DNA of 36,750 nucleotides from Candidatus Adlerbacteria bacterium (GCA_043734325.1 JAYTFN010000017.1:1-36750); one strand, 5' to 3'. Numbered from the stretch's first letter, positions 26,263-34,558 are shown. Program-made: numbers and translations. The notes: generated from the letters alone by a model not told the origin.

Positions 26263-26859
26263 ATGGAGCTACAACAATCAAAGTCTCTCAAAATTGGCAT
26301 TCAAGGTGGCGAGGGCAGCTTCAATGAAGAGGCGTGTCGTACCTACTGCACAGACAACGGTATTACAAACTACGAGATAGTCTACCTCTATACGTCCGAC
26401 CGAGTGCTGCGAGCACTGGAGGCACGCGCGGTTGACTTTGGTATTGCTGCTATTGAGAATTCTTTAGGCGGCCTTGTATGGGAAACAATTAACGCGTTGT
26501 CTGAGTTCGACTGTAAAATAATTACTCATTTTCAGATCGTCATTAACCATGCACTTTTAGGCGTTAGGGGCGTCACCATCTCCGAAATTGACACCATCAT
26601 GTCCCACCCGCAAGCGCTGGCACAAACCCGCGGCACGCTTGCTCGCCTGTTCCCCAATAAAAAATTAAAGAGTGGTGATGGAATACTCGTGGACCAAGCA
26701 ACTGCAGCAGCAGCGCTTGCAAAGGGAGAGCTCCCCCGCACAACTGGCGTCATAGCGTCGCACGTCTGTGCTGAGTTGTTTGGGCTCGACATCTTAACCG
26801 AAGGGCTCCAGGATATGGCACAAAACCTCACCACCTTTTTGTGGATGGAGTCTCGCTAA
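26263..26859 (+). CDS. pheA: Prephenate dehydratase catalytic (PDT) domain protein without an ACT domain
   Basis: KIGIQGGEGSFNEEA start, IENSLGG motif and SHPQALAQ motif. At 198 aa it has no C-terminal regulatory ACT domain. Confidence 0.75.
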   Translation: MELQQSKSLKIGIQGGEGSFNEEACRTYCTDNGITNYEIVYLYTSDRVLRALEARAVDFGIAAIENSLGGLVWETINALSEFDCKIITHFQIVINHALLGVRGVTISEIDTIMSHPQALAQTRGTLARLFPNKKLKSGDGILVDQATAAAALAKGELPRTTGVIASHVCAELFGLDILTEGLQDMAQNLTTFLWMESR

Positions 26860-26926
26860 TGTCATACATCCATACCCTTTAATCAACAAAGGACGCTTCA
26901 TTGTATATTTAGCTAATAGGTATAAG

Positions 26927-26941
26927 GTTAAGTTACTTAAC
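26927..26941. promoter_or_regulatory. Perfect 7-1-7 palindrome GTTAAGT-T-ACTTAAC, 5 nt upstream of marR (candidate operator)
   Basis: Read directly from the sequence. MarR-family repressors commonly bind palindromes that overlap their own promoter. Confidence 0.4.
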
Positions 26942-26945
26942 TAAT

Positions 26946-27419
26946 ATGTCTAATATATTTGAGAAACTTACCTCGGCTGCTAACAATACGACCACCTATC
27001 GCATAGGTCTTTTGCAGGCGAAAGCATACAGGAGCCTCAAGCAACAAACCACCGAGGCTTTAGCGCACCTCGATATATCCACTACAGACTGGGCGTTTTT
27101 AGGATTGCTTTATGACCACAAGGACGGTATGCGCGCGACAGACGTAGCCGAGGAGCTTGGAGTTGAAGCGCCTTTTGTGAGCGTACTTCTTAAAAAATTT
27201 GAAACACGAGAGTTTCTCTTTATTGAGACAAGTCCTGACGATAGCCGCTCTAAAGTAGTTTCTCTGACTGAAGTAGGCCGAGCCTTTGTTCCTTCAACCG
27301 AAAAAAATCTCCGCTTACACATGCGTCAGTTGGTCTCTGGCGCTTCAATTCAAGACATTGTGGCATATATTTCAGTATTAGAAACGATAATTCAGAACGC
27401 ATCGAAGTTAAAAAAATAG
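26946..27419 (+). CDS. MarR-family transcriptional regulator
   Basis: Winged-helix pattern DISTTDWAFLGLLY...MRATDVAEELGVEAPFVSVLLKKFETREFL...DSRSKVVSLTEVG. Confidence 0.8.
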   Translation: MSNIFEKLTSAANNTTTYRIGLLQAKAYRSLKQQTTEALAHLDISTTDWAFLGLLYDHKDGMRATDVAEELGVEAPFVSVLLKKFETREFLFIETSPDDSRSKVVSLTEVGRAFVPSTEKNLRLHMRQLVSGASIQDIVAYISVLETIIQNASKLKK

Positions 27420-27561
27420 TTTGCACTCCTCTCTTTTCACCCGCGGCTTTTGATACTGTTTTGAGCTAACTATTTTTATCCCACCTTTCTCCTTGGTGGG
27501 CCATAGCCAATTTTTGCTATCATGGTATGATGTCAGTGTTTGATAATAATTAACTAATATT

Positions 27562-27819
27562 ATGGCAAAAGAAGTTACATCAGCATTTATGAAGCCGAAG
27601 AACCTCAGCGAGGATCTTGAGGCTGTCGTTGGAAAAGGTCCGATGCCTTTTCCGGAAGTTGTGAAGAATCTTTGGGTGTACATCAAAAAGAACGAGTTGC
27701 AGAATCCGCAAAATAAACGAGAAATCGTTCCTGATGAGAAATTAGCCAAGGTTTTTGGCACCACATCAGGCGTCAACATGATGAAAATGTCGGGCCTGGT
27801 ATTCAAACACCTTTCCTAA
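27562..27819 (+). CDS. SWIB/MDM2-domain protein
   Basis: LEAVVGKGPMPFPEVVKNLWVYIKKNELQNPQNKREIVPDEKLAKVFG is the canonical SWIB pattern. The protein is an 85-aa stand-alone domain. Confidence 0.75.
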   Translation: MAKEVTSAFMKPKNLSEDLEAVVGKGPMPFPEVVKNLWVYIKKNELQNPQNKREIVPDEKLAKVFGTTSGVNMMKMSGLVFKHLS

Positions 27820-27844
27820 ACTATTTGGTACGGGAAGTAAAAGA

Positions 27845-27874
27845 AAAAACGCTGGAATACTCCGGCGTTTTTTC
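27845..27874. terminator. Bidirectional Rho-independent terminator between the SWIB gene and the convergent polymerase gene
   Basis: Stem AAAACGCTGG / CCGGCGTTTT (one G-U pair), flanked by an A-run upstream and a T-run downstream. Confidence 0.6.
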
Positions 27875-27884
27875 ATGTCGGGAC

Positions 27885-29171
27885 TTACTGCACCGTCCCC
27901 AGGTAGGGCAACTCAATGGTTTTTTTATGTTGTTCCGCCGACAAGGAGATAGCGCTTCTGTGGCAATGTATATTTCTTTGTTTGTCTAACTCTTGATGGT
28001 TTGTGGCTGTAAGGCTACGCGCTAAGACCACGGTTTCTTTACCATACCGTTTATTGAGAGCGTCTACCGCACGCAGTACTGAAGCGCGGTCATTGGCCAC
28101 CTTTGTCGCATCGAAAAGGTCGAGTGTAGCAACTTCTTCCCGCACGATACGGCGAAGTGAGATACCTGTTGCGCGATACAGAACATGCGGCACAAACATC
28201 CGGTCAAACTCATGCTCGACAGCCTTGAGTATTATCGAAGGGTCCGCTGTGGGAACCACTAGCACTACGTCACTATTTCGATATAAAAATTCTTGGGTTT
28301 TAAGCATTACCCCGACCTCGCCACTGCGCACCTTGGAGTGGCGAGCCTTGTCGCACGCGCGTTCAATATTTTTAGACAACTGGGCTAACACCAGTGCACG
28401 GCTTGCTGTCGGGGGCGCAAACGTGCGCGATTTAATTATCGAGCCAATGTCCCCTCGGTGCTCCAGCGTCAAAGGTTTCGTGCACCCGCCATTGAGCTCG
28501 TACCAGATTTCGCGATACGGTTTGGCTATGTGGTTACTTTGAAGCCATATCTCGTCCTTTTGTGCGAGATGAAGTGCAGTCAGTATGCCTAGTCCCTGAA
28601 ACTTCAGCGCCATAGCAGAGCCTATACCCCAAAGGTTGCCCACGGGCATAGACTCTAGAAACTGCGGAATATTTTCGCGAGCAATAGGGGTAAATCCTCC
28701 TGGCTTTCTAAACTTCGACCCAATCTTTGCCACTACTTTACTGGGACCGAGACCTACGCCAAACGTGATCCCGAGACTCAACTCCAAATCAGCCTTTATC
28801 ATCAGTGCAATATGCTCATATGACATACGGTACACCGACTCCAACCCGGTAATGTCGGCAAAGCACTCGTCGATACTATATTCTTCCACAAGAGGCGTGT
28901 AGCGCCGCACGATCGCATACATACGACGCGCATACAACGAGTACGCAGTGTAGTCGGACCGTACGACAATAACGTGGGGGCACCGTTCGCAAATTTCTTT
29001 CATAGACATCCCGCGCGACAACCCCAGCCGCTTTGCTTCGATACTAAGCGATGTTGCCGCACCTCGCTCGGCTCCGGTTATAACGGGTAACCCTCGAAGC
29101 TTGTGGTTCATTGTTTGTTCAACGGAAGCAAAGAAAGAGTCGCCGTCAAAGTGGAGTATTACGCGCTGCAT
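27885..29171 (-). CDS. Y-family translesion DNA polymerase (UmuC/DinB-like)
   Basis: ILHFDGDSFFASVEQ and YSIDECFADITG catalytic motifs; 428 aa. Confidence 0.88.
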   Translation of the reverse strand: MQRVILHFDGDSFFASVEQTMNHKLRGLPVITGAERGAATSLSIEAKRLGLSRGMSMKEICERCPHVIVVRSDYTAYSLYARRMYAIVRRYTPLVEEYSIDECFADITGLESVYRMSYEHIALMIKADLELSLGITFGVGLGPSKVVAKIGSKFRKPGGFTPIARENIPQFLESMPVGNLWGIGSAMALKFQGLGILTALHLAQKDEIWLQSNHIAKPYREIWYELNGGCTKPLTLEHRGDIGSIIKSRTFAPPTASRALVLAQLSKNIERACDKARHSKVRSGEVGVMLKTQEFLYRNSDVVLVVPTADPSIILKAVEHEFDRMFVPHVLYRATGISLRRIVREEVATLDLFDATKVANDRASVLRAVDALNKRYGKETVVLARSLTATNHQELDKQRNIHCHRSAISLSAEQHKKTIELPYLGTVQ

Positions 29172-29174
29172 ATA

Positions 29175-29753
29175 TTACGTATACTTGCGGAAAGTTCCCG
29201 TCACAACACCTATTACCTGCCCCTCTTTTGGATGTATGTTTGGATACTTTGGATTGGCTGCTTCTAAGTAAAACATTGTGTTTTTCTTTCTTAAATATTT
29301 GATAGTGTAGCCGTCTTCGGTGAGCGCTATCACAATGTCGCCCGGCTTGTAGTTGCCGCTTCGCTCGAAAATGACCATGTCGCCCGGTTTTATACCTGCC
29401 CCTTCCATAGAGTCACCTTCGACTTCTAAAAGAAAACTCGCGTTCTTGTCCCGTATCAAGTACTCTCCCACCGTAATTGTGTCTGCTAATTCTTCTTCGG
29501 CGGGAGAGGCGAAGCCGGCGCGCACCCGACCCACACGACGCACCTCATGCAGGAGACTTGTAGGCACGAGCTTGCCGCTCGCGTCTTTCTCAACAATTCC
29601 CTCTTTCACCAATTGTTCGACCACATAGAACGCCGAGGAGCGCGACGAAAACCTGCACAGTGTCATGATTTCCGAAATATTCGGCATACGTTTGCGCCCG
29701 CGAAAAAATTTCAGAACCGCCGCTCGGTATTCTTCTTTCATACACATAAGCAT
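29175..29753 (-). CDS. lexA: LexA-like repressor (winged HTH + S24 autopeptidase)
   Basis: Ala-Gly cleavage site VRAGF, catalytic Ser in GDSMEG and Lys in IKYLRKK. The ORF track extends the start to 29792. I prefer an internal ATG (29753, 29747 or 29741) because the LexA box sits at 29756-29771. Confidence 0.8.
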   Translation of the reverse strand: MLMCMKEEYRAAVLKFFRGRKRMPNISEIMTLCRFSSRSSAFYVVEQLVKEGIVEKDASGKLVPTSLLHEVRRVGRVRAGFASPAEEELADTITVGEYLIRDKNASFLLEVEGDSMEGAGIKPGDMVIFERSGNYKPGDIVIALTEDGYTIKYLRKKNTMFYLEAANPKYPNIHPKEGQVIGVVTGTFRKYT

Positions 29754-29755
29754 AC

Positions 29756-29771
29756 TCGAACATTTGTTCGA
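29756..29771. promoter_or_regulatory. SOS (Cheo-type) box TCGAAC-ATTT-GTTCGA
   Basis: Perfect 6+6 palindrome. It matches the Gram-positive/actinobacterial LexA consensus CGAAC-N4-GTTCG and sits directly 5-prime of the lexA-like gene. Confidence 0.65.
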
Positions 29772-29849
29772 TACCAAGTCCCGCTTGTACATATCTGTCT
29801 AATAAGTCGTTTTTACTGCTCGACCAATATTTGAGGTGTATAATTCTAT

Positions 29850-30344
29850 GTGATGAATGAAGACAGAATCTCTTGGAGCGTCCTAACCCACGAACATACC
29901 GACCGATCGACAGACTGGTACTGGGCCTTTGGTATTATCGCTATCGTAGGCATAGCAGTTTCTATCTATTTTTTAAATATTTTTCTGGCCATTATACTTT
30001 CCATAGGAGTGACCACCCTTATTATCCTCACCGTTCGCGGGCCGCGCGAACATGACGTGCACCTAACCCCGCGCGGCATAGATATAGACGGTACACTGTA
30101 TCGCTACCCTACAATCCACTCCTTTTGGGTATCAATAGAATATCCTGAGGACGAAACACCCGAACTCGACCCGCGCGCGCGTCTATTCCTCACCACGTCG
30201 GGGTACCTCCATCCTCGATTCATGCTGCCGCTAAACGATGTCGATCATGCCGAAGAGGTGCGCGACTATTTACTTCAATTTCTAAATGAGGAACATCAGG
30301 AGCCGCATTTTACCGAACACTTGGCCGAACTTGCCGGGTTATAA
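29850..30344 (+). CDS. Hypothetical 2-TM membrane protein
   Basis: ORF with a GTG/ATG start, two hydrophobic helices (AFGIIAIVGIAVSIYFL, FLAIILSIGVTTLIIL) and an acidic C-terminus. It is divergent from lexA. I recognise no family. Confidence 0.55.
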   Translation: MMNEDRISWSVLTHEHTDRSTDWYWAFGIIAIVGIAVSIYFLNIFLAIILSIGVTTLIILTVRGPREHDVHLTPRGIDIDGTLYRYPTIHSFWVSIEYPEDETPELDPRARLFLTTSGYLHPRFMLPLNDVDHAEEVRDYLLQFLNEEHQEPHFTEHLAELAGL

Positions 30345-30391
30345 GATTGCTACTTTAGACGGCATCATATATTGTACTGATTGTTATCCAC

Positions 30392-30463
30392 GCCCCCGTC
30401 GTTCAATGGATAGGACGCATCCTTGCGGAGGATGCGATGTAGGTTCGATTCCTACCGGGGGCA
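30392..30463 (+). tRNA. tRNA-Arg (anticodon GCG)
   Basis: Acceptor GCCCCCG/CGGGGGC; D-arm GTTC/GGAC; anticodon arm CATCC-TTGCGGA-GGATG; T-arm GTAGG-TTCGATT-CCTAC. Confidence 0.85.
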
Positions 30464-30503
30464 CCCAATAGCGTAAAGTCGAGCAAGAAAGCAGGCACCG
30501 ATA

Positions 30504-30533
30504 GTACAAATACGCCCTAGGGCGTATTTGTAC
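30504..30533. repeat. Perfect 30-bp palindrome GTACAAATACGCCCTAGGGCGTATTTGTAC
   Basis: Read directly from the sequence. It is fully self-complementary, including the central CTAG. Confidence 0.85.
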
Positions 30534-30561
30534 GTTTCGTGAAAGGTACCTTTTTTGGTAA

Positions 30562-30587
30562 TAAAAAAACGGAACGTATGTTCCGTT
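30562..30587 (-). terminator. Rho-independent terminator of the 143-aa minus-strand gene
   Basis: On the minus strand: AACGGAAC-ATAC-GTTCCGTT followed by TTTTTTTAT, starting 4 nt after the stop. Confidence 0.6.
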
Positions 30588-30590
30588 AGC

Positions 30591-31022
30591 TTAGGCCGCT
30601 TGCGCAGCATGTCCTTGTTTGGTTTTTCGCACAGCATTGACGAAGAATTGTGACCACGACGCAGTCGTCATTAGTGGATCAATCCCTCGAAGATGAAGGA
30701 AAGTCGGTATCGAAGAGTGTGCCGGCATAAGACGCCCAACAATTTTTCCACCCCTCACGAACCAGATCCACACCTTGGGCATAGATTGAAGCTTGTCGTT
30801 TACACGCTTCAGTGAAATCACTGCCACGAGAGTGGCATCGCAAGGAAGATCAAGTAACGCACTGATGGCGGTTAGGTACTGTGAATTCAAGGGCGAGACA
30901 GATCCATCAGGCTCAAACACCCCCTGCCTAAGCTGGTCATGTGTAAGCGCTGTTTCTGCATTGGGGACAAACGCCTTGCCTTTAAAGCGCAAGCCGTGGT
31001 CCGAAATAAGCATCAGTATCAT
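30591..31022 (-). CDS. Hypothetical protein (143 aa)
   Basis: An ORF with its own terminator. I recognise no motif. An overlapping plus-strand ORF (30793..31038) is less likely. Confidence 0.5.
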   Translation of the reverse strand: MILMLISDHGLRFKGKAFVPNAETALTHDQLRQGVFEPDGSVSPLNSQYLTAISALLDLPCDATLVAVISLKRVNDKLQSMPKVWIWFVRGGKIVGRLMPAHSSIPTFLHLRGIDPLMTTASWSQFFVNAVRKTKQGHAAQAA

Positions 31023-31120
31023 TACGAGTCGCCCTTAGTTGTTTGAGAAGGTACGCGAACAGAAAAACGAACTGTTCCTTTCTTAGGATAATCATAATAT
31101 TGAGTAAGTCAATTTTTAAC

Positions 31121-31158
31121 AAAAACAAACCCCTTCAGTGTGAAGGGGTTTGTTTTTG
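31121..31158 (-). terminator. Rho-independent terminator of rpsT
   Basis: Perfect 17-bp stem AAAAACAAACCCCTTCA / TGAAGGGGTTTGTTTTT with a 3-nt loop. The T-run lies on the minus strand. Confidence 0.65.
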
Positions 31159-31165
31159 TATTTGT

Positions 31166-31414
31166 TTACTTAACCGGTTTTAATAGTCGTGATACTTTCG
31201 ACTTACGGCGAGCTGCTGTGTTCTTTTTTATAATCCCGCGCTTGAACGCTTTGTCGATTGCCTGGTACGCTGCAGCGAGCGCTGCTGTGTCGCCTTTTGG
31301 AGCGGTGCGCGCAGCCTTCATAGAAAGTCGTACGGCGGTTTTACGCGTGATATTCATTTCGCGCTTGCGTCGTGACTGTCGGTGGGCCTTTTTTGCCCCT
31401 TTGGTAATTGCCAT
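31166..31414 (-). CDS. rpsT: 30S ribosomal protein S20
   Basis: MAITKGAKKAHRQSRRKREMN...AYQAIDKAFKRGIIKKNTAARRKSK. I trimmed the start to the ATG at 31414. Confidence 0.88.
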   Translation of the reverse strand: MAITKGAKKAHRQSRRKREMNITRKTAVRLSMKAARTAPKGDTAALAAAYQAIDKAFKRGIIKKNTAARRKSKVSRLLKPVK

Positions 31415-31487
31415 GAAGCGCATAGTACGCAATAATCCTAAAAAAAGCAAATTTCTGTGCAGCCTGCGCCTCATGTATGATTACAGG

Positions 31488-32072
31488 ATGATAGGCAGGC
31501 TCACGGGAGAATTTGCAGGCACTACCCCCGATGGGTCGGCACTTATTGACGTTGGCGGCGTTGGGTATACCGTTCGCACCCCTCTCTTGACCCTTGCGAC
31601 TCTCAAGGACACACCTCACGCAATTTCTATATACATCCACACAGCTGTACGAGAAGACGCTATAGACCTATACGGCTTCCTCACCGAAGAAGAGCTCGCC
31701 TTTTTTAAACAGTTGATGACCGTGTCGGGCGTTGGTCCAAAATCAGCGCTCGGCATCATGAGTGTCGCAGATGTCTCTTCACTCAAGCGGTCAATCGCCC
31801 AAGGAGACTCGGTTACGCTCATTAAGGTATATGGTATAGGTAAGAAAAGTGCCGAGCGGCTTGTGGTAGATTTACGAGATAAAATAAAACTTGAAATGCC
31901 TGCCCCGGGGGCACCTCGGCAATCAGACGATGACAGCGATGTCCTGGAGGCACTTATGGCGCTGGGCTACCGCGCTGACGAAAGTCGGAAGATTCTTAAA
32001 GAGGTTTCACCGAACATTCGCGGCACACGAGAACGTATAGCCGCAGCGCTCCAGCATGTGGGCGGCAAGTAA
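31488..32072 (+). CDS. ruvA: Holliday junction branch-migration complex subunit RuvA
   Basis: MIGRLTGEF...VGGVGYTV...FGF...EEELAFFKQLMTVSGVGPKSALGIMS (HhH motifs). I trimmed the start to the ATG at 31488. The ORF-track N-terminal extension lies antisense to rpsT. Confidence 0.88.
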   Translation: MIGRLTGEFAGTTPDGSALIDVGGVGYTVRTPLLTLATLKDTPHAISIYIHTAVREDAIDLYGFLTEEELAFFKQLMTVSGVGPKSALGIMSVADVSSLKRSIAQGDSVTLIKVYGIGKKSAERLVVDLRDKIKLEMPAPGAPRQSDDDSDVLEALMALGYRADESRKILKEVSPNIRGTRERIAAALQHVGGK

Positions 32073-32075
32073 AAT

Positions 32076-33329
32076 ATGATAAGACAATACATACCTACAA
32101 AACTACTTGATCTCTATCATTTCTATTTTGCCGTCTTGGGCGCCATATTCTATGGAAACCCGTCTAAAAAGCTTTTTGTGGTCGGTATCACCGGGACCAA
32201 AGGCAAATCCACTACGTCGGAGCTAGTGCGTACCATGTTCGAGGGTGCAGGATTTAAAGTAGCGCTCGCTTCCACTATCCATTTTCGTATTGGCGACGAT
32301 ATTGAGCCTAACCTATTTAAAATGACCATGCCGGGACGTGCCTACCTTCAGCAATTTATGCGGCGGGCGCTGGACGCGGGTTGCACCCACATTGTGCTCG
32401 AGATGACTTCAGAGGGCGCTAAGCAGTTTCGCCATAAAGGAATTGAGCTTGATGCGCTTGTTTTCACCAACCTTCAGCCCGAGCACCTTGAGTCACACGG
32501 ATCGATGGAAGCATACGCCGAAGCAAAACTCTCCCTCGCCAAAGGGTTAGAGGAGTCCTCAAAGCGTCCACGCTATAGTATCGCAAACACTGACGACACC
32601 TATGGCGCAAAATTTCTTGAAGCACACGTTGAAATAAAAGCTCCTTTCTCACTTTCAATGGCTGAGCCGTACAACGTCGACGACAAAAACGTTCGTTTTG
32701 TCTACAAAAACGGAGAACTTTTTTCCGTGCCCCTGCCCGGACTTTTTAACCTGCGTAATATTCTCGCCACCATCGCGCTCGGTGAAGCAATGGGTATCAA
32801 TATTTTAACCATCAAAAAAGCGCTTGAATATGTGAAGCCGGTTCTCGGTCGCGCAGAGAGAATTGAAGCGGGACAAAACTTCGCGGTCATAGTCGACTAC
32901 GCGCACACGCCTGACTCTTTGAAAGCGTTGTTTGAAACGTATATGGGCAAGCGTCTTATAGTCGTAATGGGGTCAACCGGGGGTGGCCGCGACCAGTGGA
33001 AGCGCCCGGAGATGGGTCGCATAGCCGACAAGTACTGCCAGGTTATATTTTTAGCAAATGAAGACCCATACGACGAAGACCCCGAGCAAATAGTCGAAGA
33101 TATCGCGCAAGGGATCCACACTAAAGTACCGCGCATCGTACTCAATAGACGAGGTGCTATAAGCCAAGCAATTGGTGAGGCAAAGTCCGGCGACGTTGTG
33201 TTATTAACCGGGAAAGGTACTGACCCGTACATTATGGGATCACGCGGCTCAAAGGAGCCGTGGAGCGATAAGCAGGTAGCAGAGGAAGAGCTGCACAAGC
33301 TCCTTCGCAAGCAAGCGCACGCGCGTTAG
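32076..33329 (+). CDS. murE: Mur ligase, MurE-like (short N-terminus)
   Basis: GITGTKGKSTT P-loop and DYAHTPDSL motif. At the position of the DNPR mDAP-specificity motif the sequence reads NEDPYDEDP, so the amino acid it adds is uncertain. Confidence 0.75.
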   Translation: MIRQYIPTKLLDLYHFYFAVLGAIFYGNPSKKLFVVGITGTKGKSTTSELVRTMFEGAGFKVALASTIHFRIGDDIEPNLFKMTMPGRAYLQQFMRRALDAGCTHIVLEMTSEGAKQFRHKGIELDALVFTNLQPEHLESHGSMEAYAEAKLSLAKGLEESSKRPRYSIANTDDTYGAKFLEAHVEIKAPFSLSMAEPYNVDDKNVRFVYKNGELFSVPLPGLFNLRNILATIALGEAMGINILTIKKALEYVKPVLGRAERIEAGQNFAVIVDYAHTPDSLKALFETYMGKRLIVVMGSTGGGRDQWKRPEMGRIADKYCQVIFLANEDPYDEDPEQIVEDIAQGIHTKVPRIVLNRRGAISQAIGEAKSGDVVLLTGKGTDPYIMGSRGSKEPWSDKQVAEEELHKLLRKQAHAR

Positions 33330-33338
33330 TATAGACAC

Positions 33339-33614
33339 ATGGCAACTGAAGAAAAACCGGCACCAGCAAACCCGTGGAATCCCGTATTGTTTTTGATTCT
33401 TATTATTGGAGGCTCGCTCTTTATTCTGTACATGCGCGGCGATTTAGGAAAGTTAAACGGCAAGGATCTTTTTGTACCTCCGCCTCCTGAAGCGCAGACA
33501 ACAAAAACGAGTGGGGACCAAAGTGGGACCACGTACGCAGAGCACGACCTGTTGCAAAACGCTTACACAATGGACCCGAACCCTATAGACACTACTAACC
33601 CAAACAGCCAATAA
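33339..33614 (+). CDS. Hypothetical single-pass membrane protein
   Basis: ORF with one TM helix (VLFLILIIGGSLFILY) and a low-complexity tail. Support is weak. Confidence 0.4.
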   Translation: MATEEKPAPANPWNPVLFLILIIGGSLFILYMRGDLGKLNGKDLFVPPPPEAQTTKTSGDQSGTTYAEHDLLQNAYTMDPNPIDTTNPNSQ

Positions 33615-33616
33615 GT

Positions 33617-34018
33617 ATGTTAAATCCATTGCCCAGTTTACTAAACTATAGTTTTTTTATACCCTTTCTCCTTCGCGTGGTTGTCGCCGTGTACTTTGTC
33701 TACCTTGCCCAACATATGATCCATAATCGAAAAAATATAGCAGATACAAAGTTCCCTATTGTTGGCAATCCAAAAGTATGGATGGTGTACACCTCAGTCT
33801 TTATTATTCTAGTTACGGCATTTCTACTTTTCGTTGGTATGAAAACCCAATGGGCCGCGATTTTTGCTATCATTATTTCATTGAAACAAGCCGTTGTTCT
33901 TCGTAACTTCGCACCGCTTCGACCTTTTTCAACTGCAACGTACATATTACTTGCGGTGATATGTTTTACTCTTCTTATTTCAGGCGCTGGCGCCTTAGCT
34001 TTTGATATACATTTGTAG
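33617..34018 (+). CDS. Small 4-TM membrane protein (DoxX-like)
   Basis: Hydrophobicity pattern with an FLLRVVVAVYFVY-type first helix. The family call is tentative. Confidence 0.5.
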   Translation: MLNPLPSLLNYSFFIPFLLRVVVAVYFVYLAQHMIHNRKNIADTKFPIVGNPKVWMVYTSVFIILVTAFLLFVGMKTQWAAIFAIIISLKQAVVLRNFAPLRPFSTATYILLAVICFTLLISGAGALAFDIHL

Positions 34019-34084
34019 CAGACCAGAAACCCTAGAGAACATTCCATACCTTCGTTTTTTGGTGTTTCTCTGTAAGATGGAAAA

Positions 34085-34558
34085 ATGATTCTAATTTTAC
34101 ACAACATACGGAGCGTTCATAATGTTGGTTCCTGCTTTCGCACTGCTGATGCCGCTGGTGTCCAGAGCATTATTCTTTCGGGCTATACTCCCACACCACT
34201 CGATAGGTTCAACCAACCACGTAAAGACTTCACGAAAGTGTCTCTTGGCGCCGAGAGGTCGGTAGCCTGGTCGTACGTTAAAACATTGAGTTCCACGCTC
34301 ACTACATTAAAAAAAGAAAACTATCTTCTGGTGGCAATAGAGCAAGACGAGCGCTCGACTCCCCTGTTTGACTGGCAGCCGCCCAACAAGTCCGCCCATG
34401 GGCAAATCGCAGTCCTCTTAGGCAACGAGGTGCGCGGCATCTCGAAGCCCTTACTGAAAAAGTGTGACGTGATCTTAGAAATCCCCATGCACGGCAAAAA
34501 AGAATCACTCAACGTGAGTGTGACCGCGGGGATTGCATTGTTTACGCTAACAAAATAA
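34085..34558 (+). CDS. SpoU/TrmH-family RNA 2-prime-O-methyltransferase
   Basis: LHNIRSVHNVGSCFRTADAAG, LLGNEVRGIS and IPMHGKKESLNVSVTAGIALF are the three SPOUT motifs. Confidence 0.85.
   Translation: MILILHNIRSVHNVGSCFRTADAAGVQSIILSGYTPTPLDRFNQPRKDFTKVSLGAERSVAWSYVKTLSSTLTTLKKENYLLVAIEQDERSTPLFDWQPPNKSAHGQIAVLLGNEVRGISKPLLKKCDVILEIPMHGKKESLNVSVTAGIALFTLTK

Noticed and set aside
27408-27806. The 132-aa minus-strand ORF spanning the marR-SWIB intergenic region
   Set aside because: It overlaps the well-supported SWIB gene on the opposite strand and crosses an intergenic hairpin. It has no motif.
31140-31487. The N-terminal 116 codons of ORF 31140..32072 as part of ruvA
   Set aside because: This stretch is antisense to rpsT and starts inside the rpsT terminator hairpin. 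RuvA homology starts at MIGRLTG (31488).
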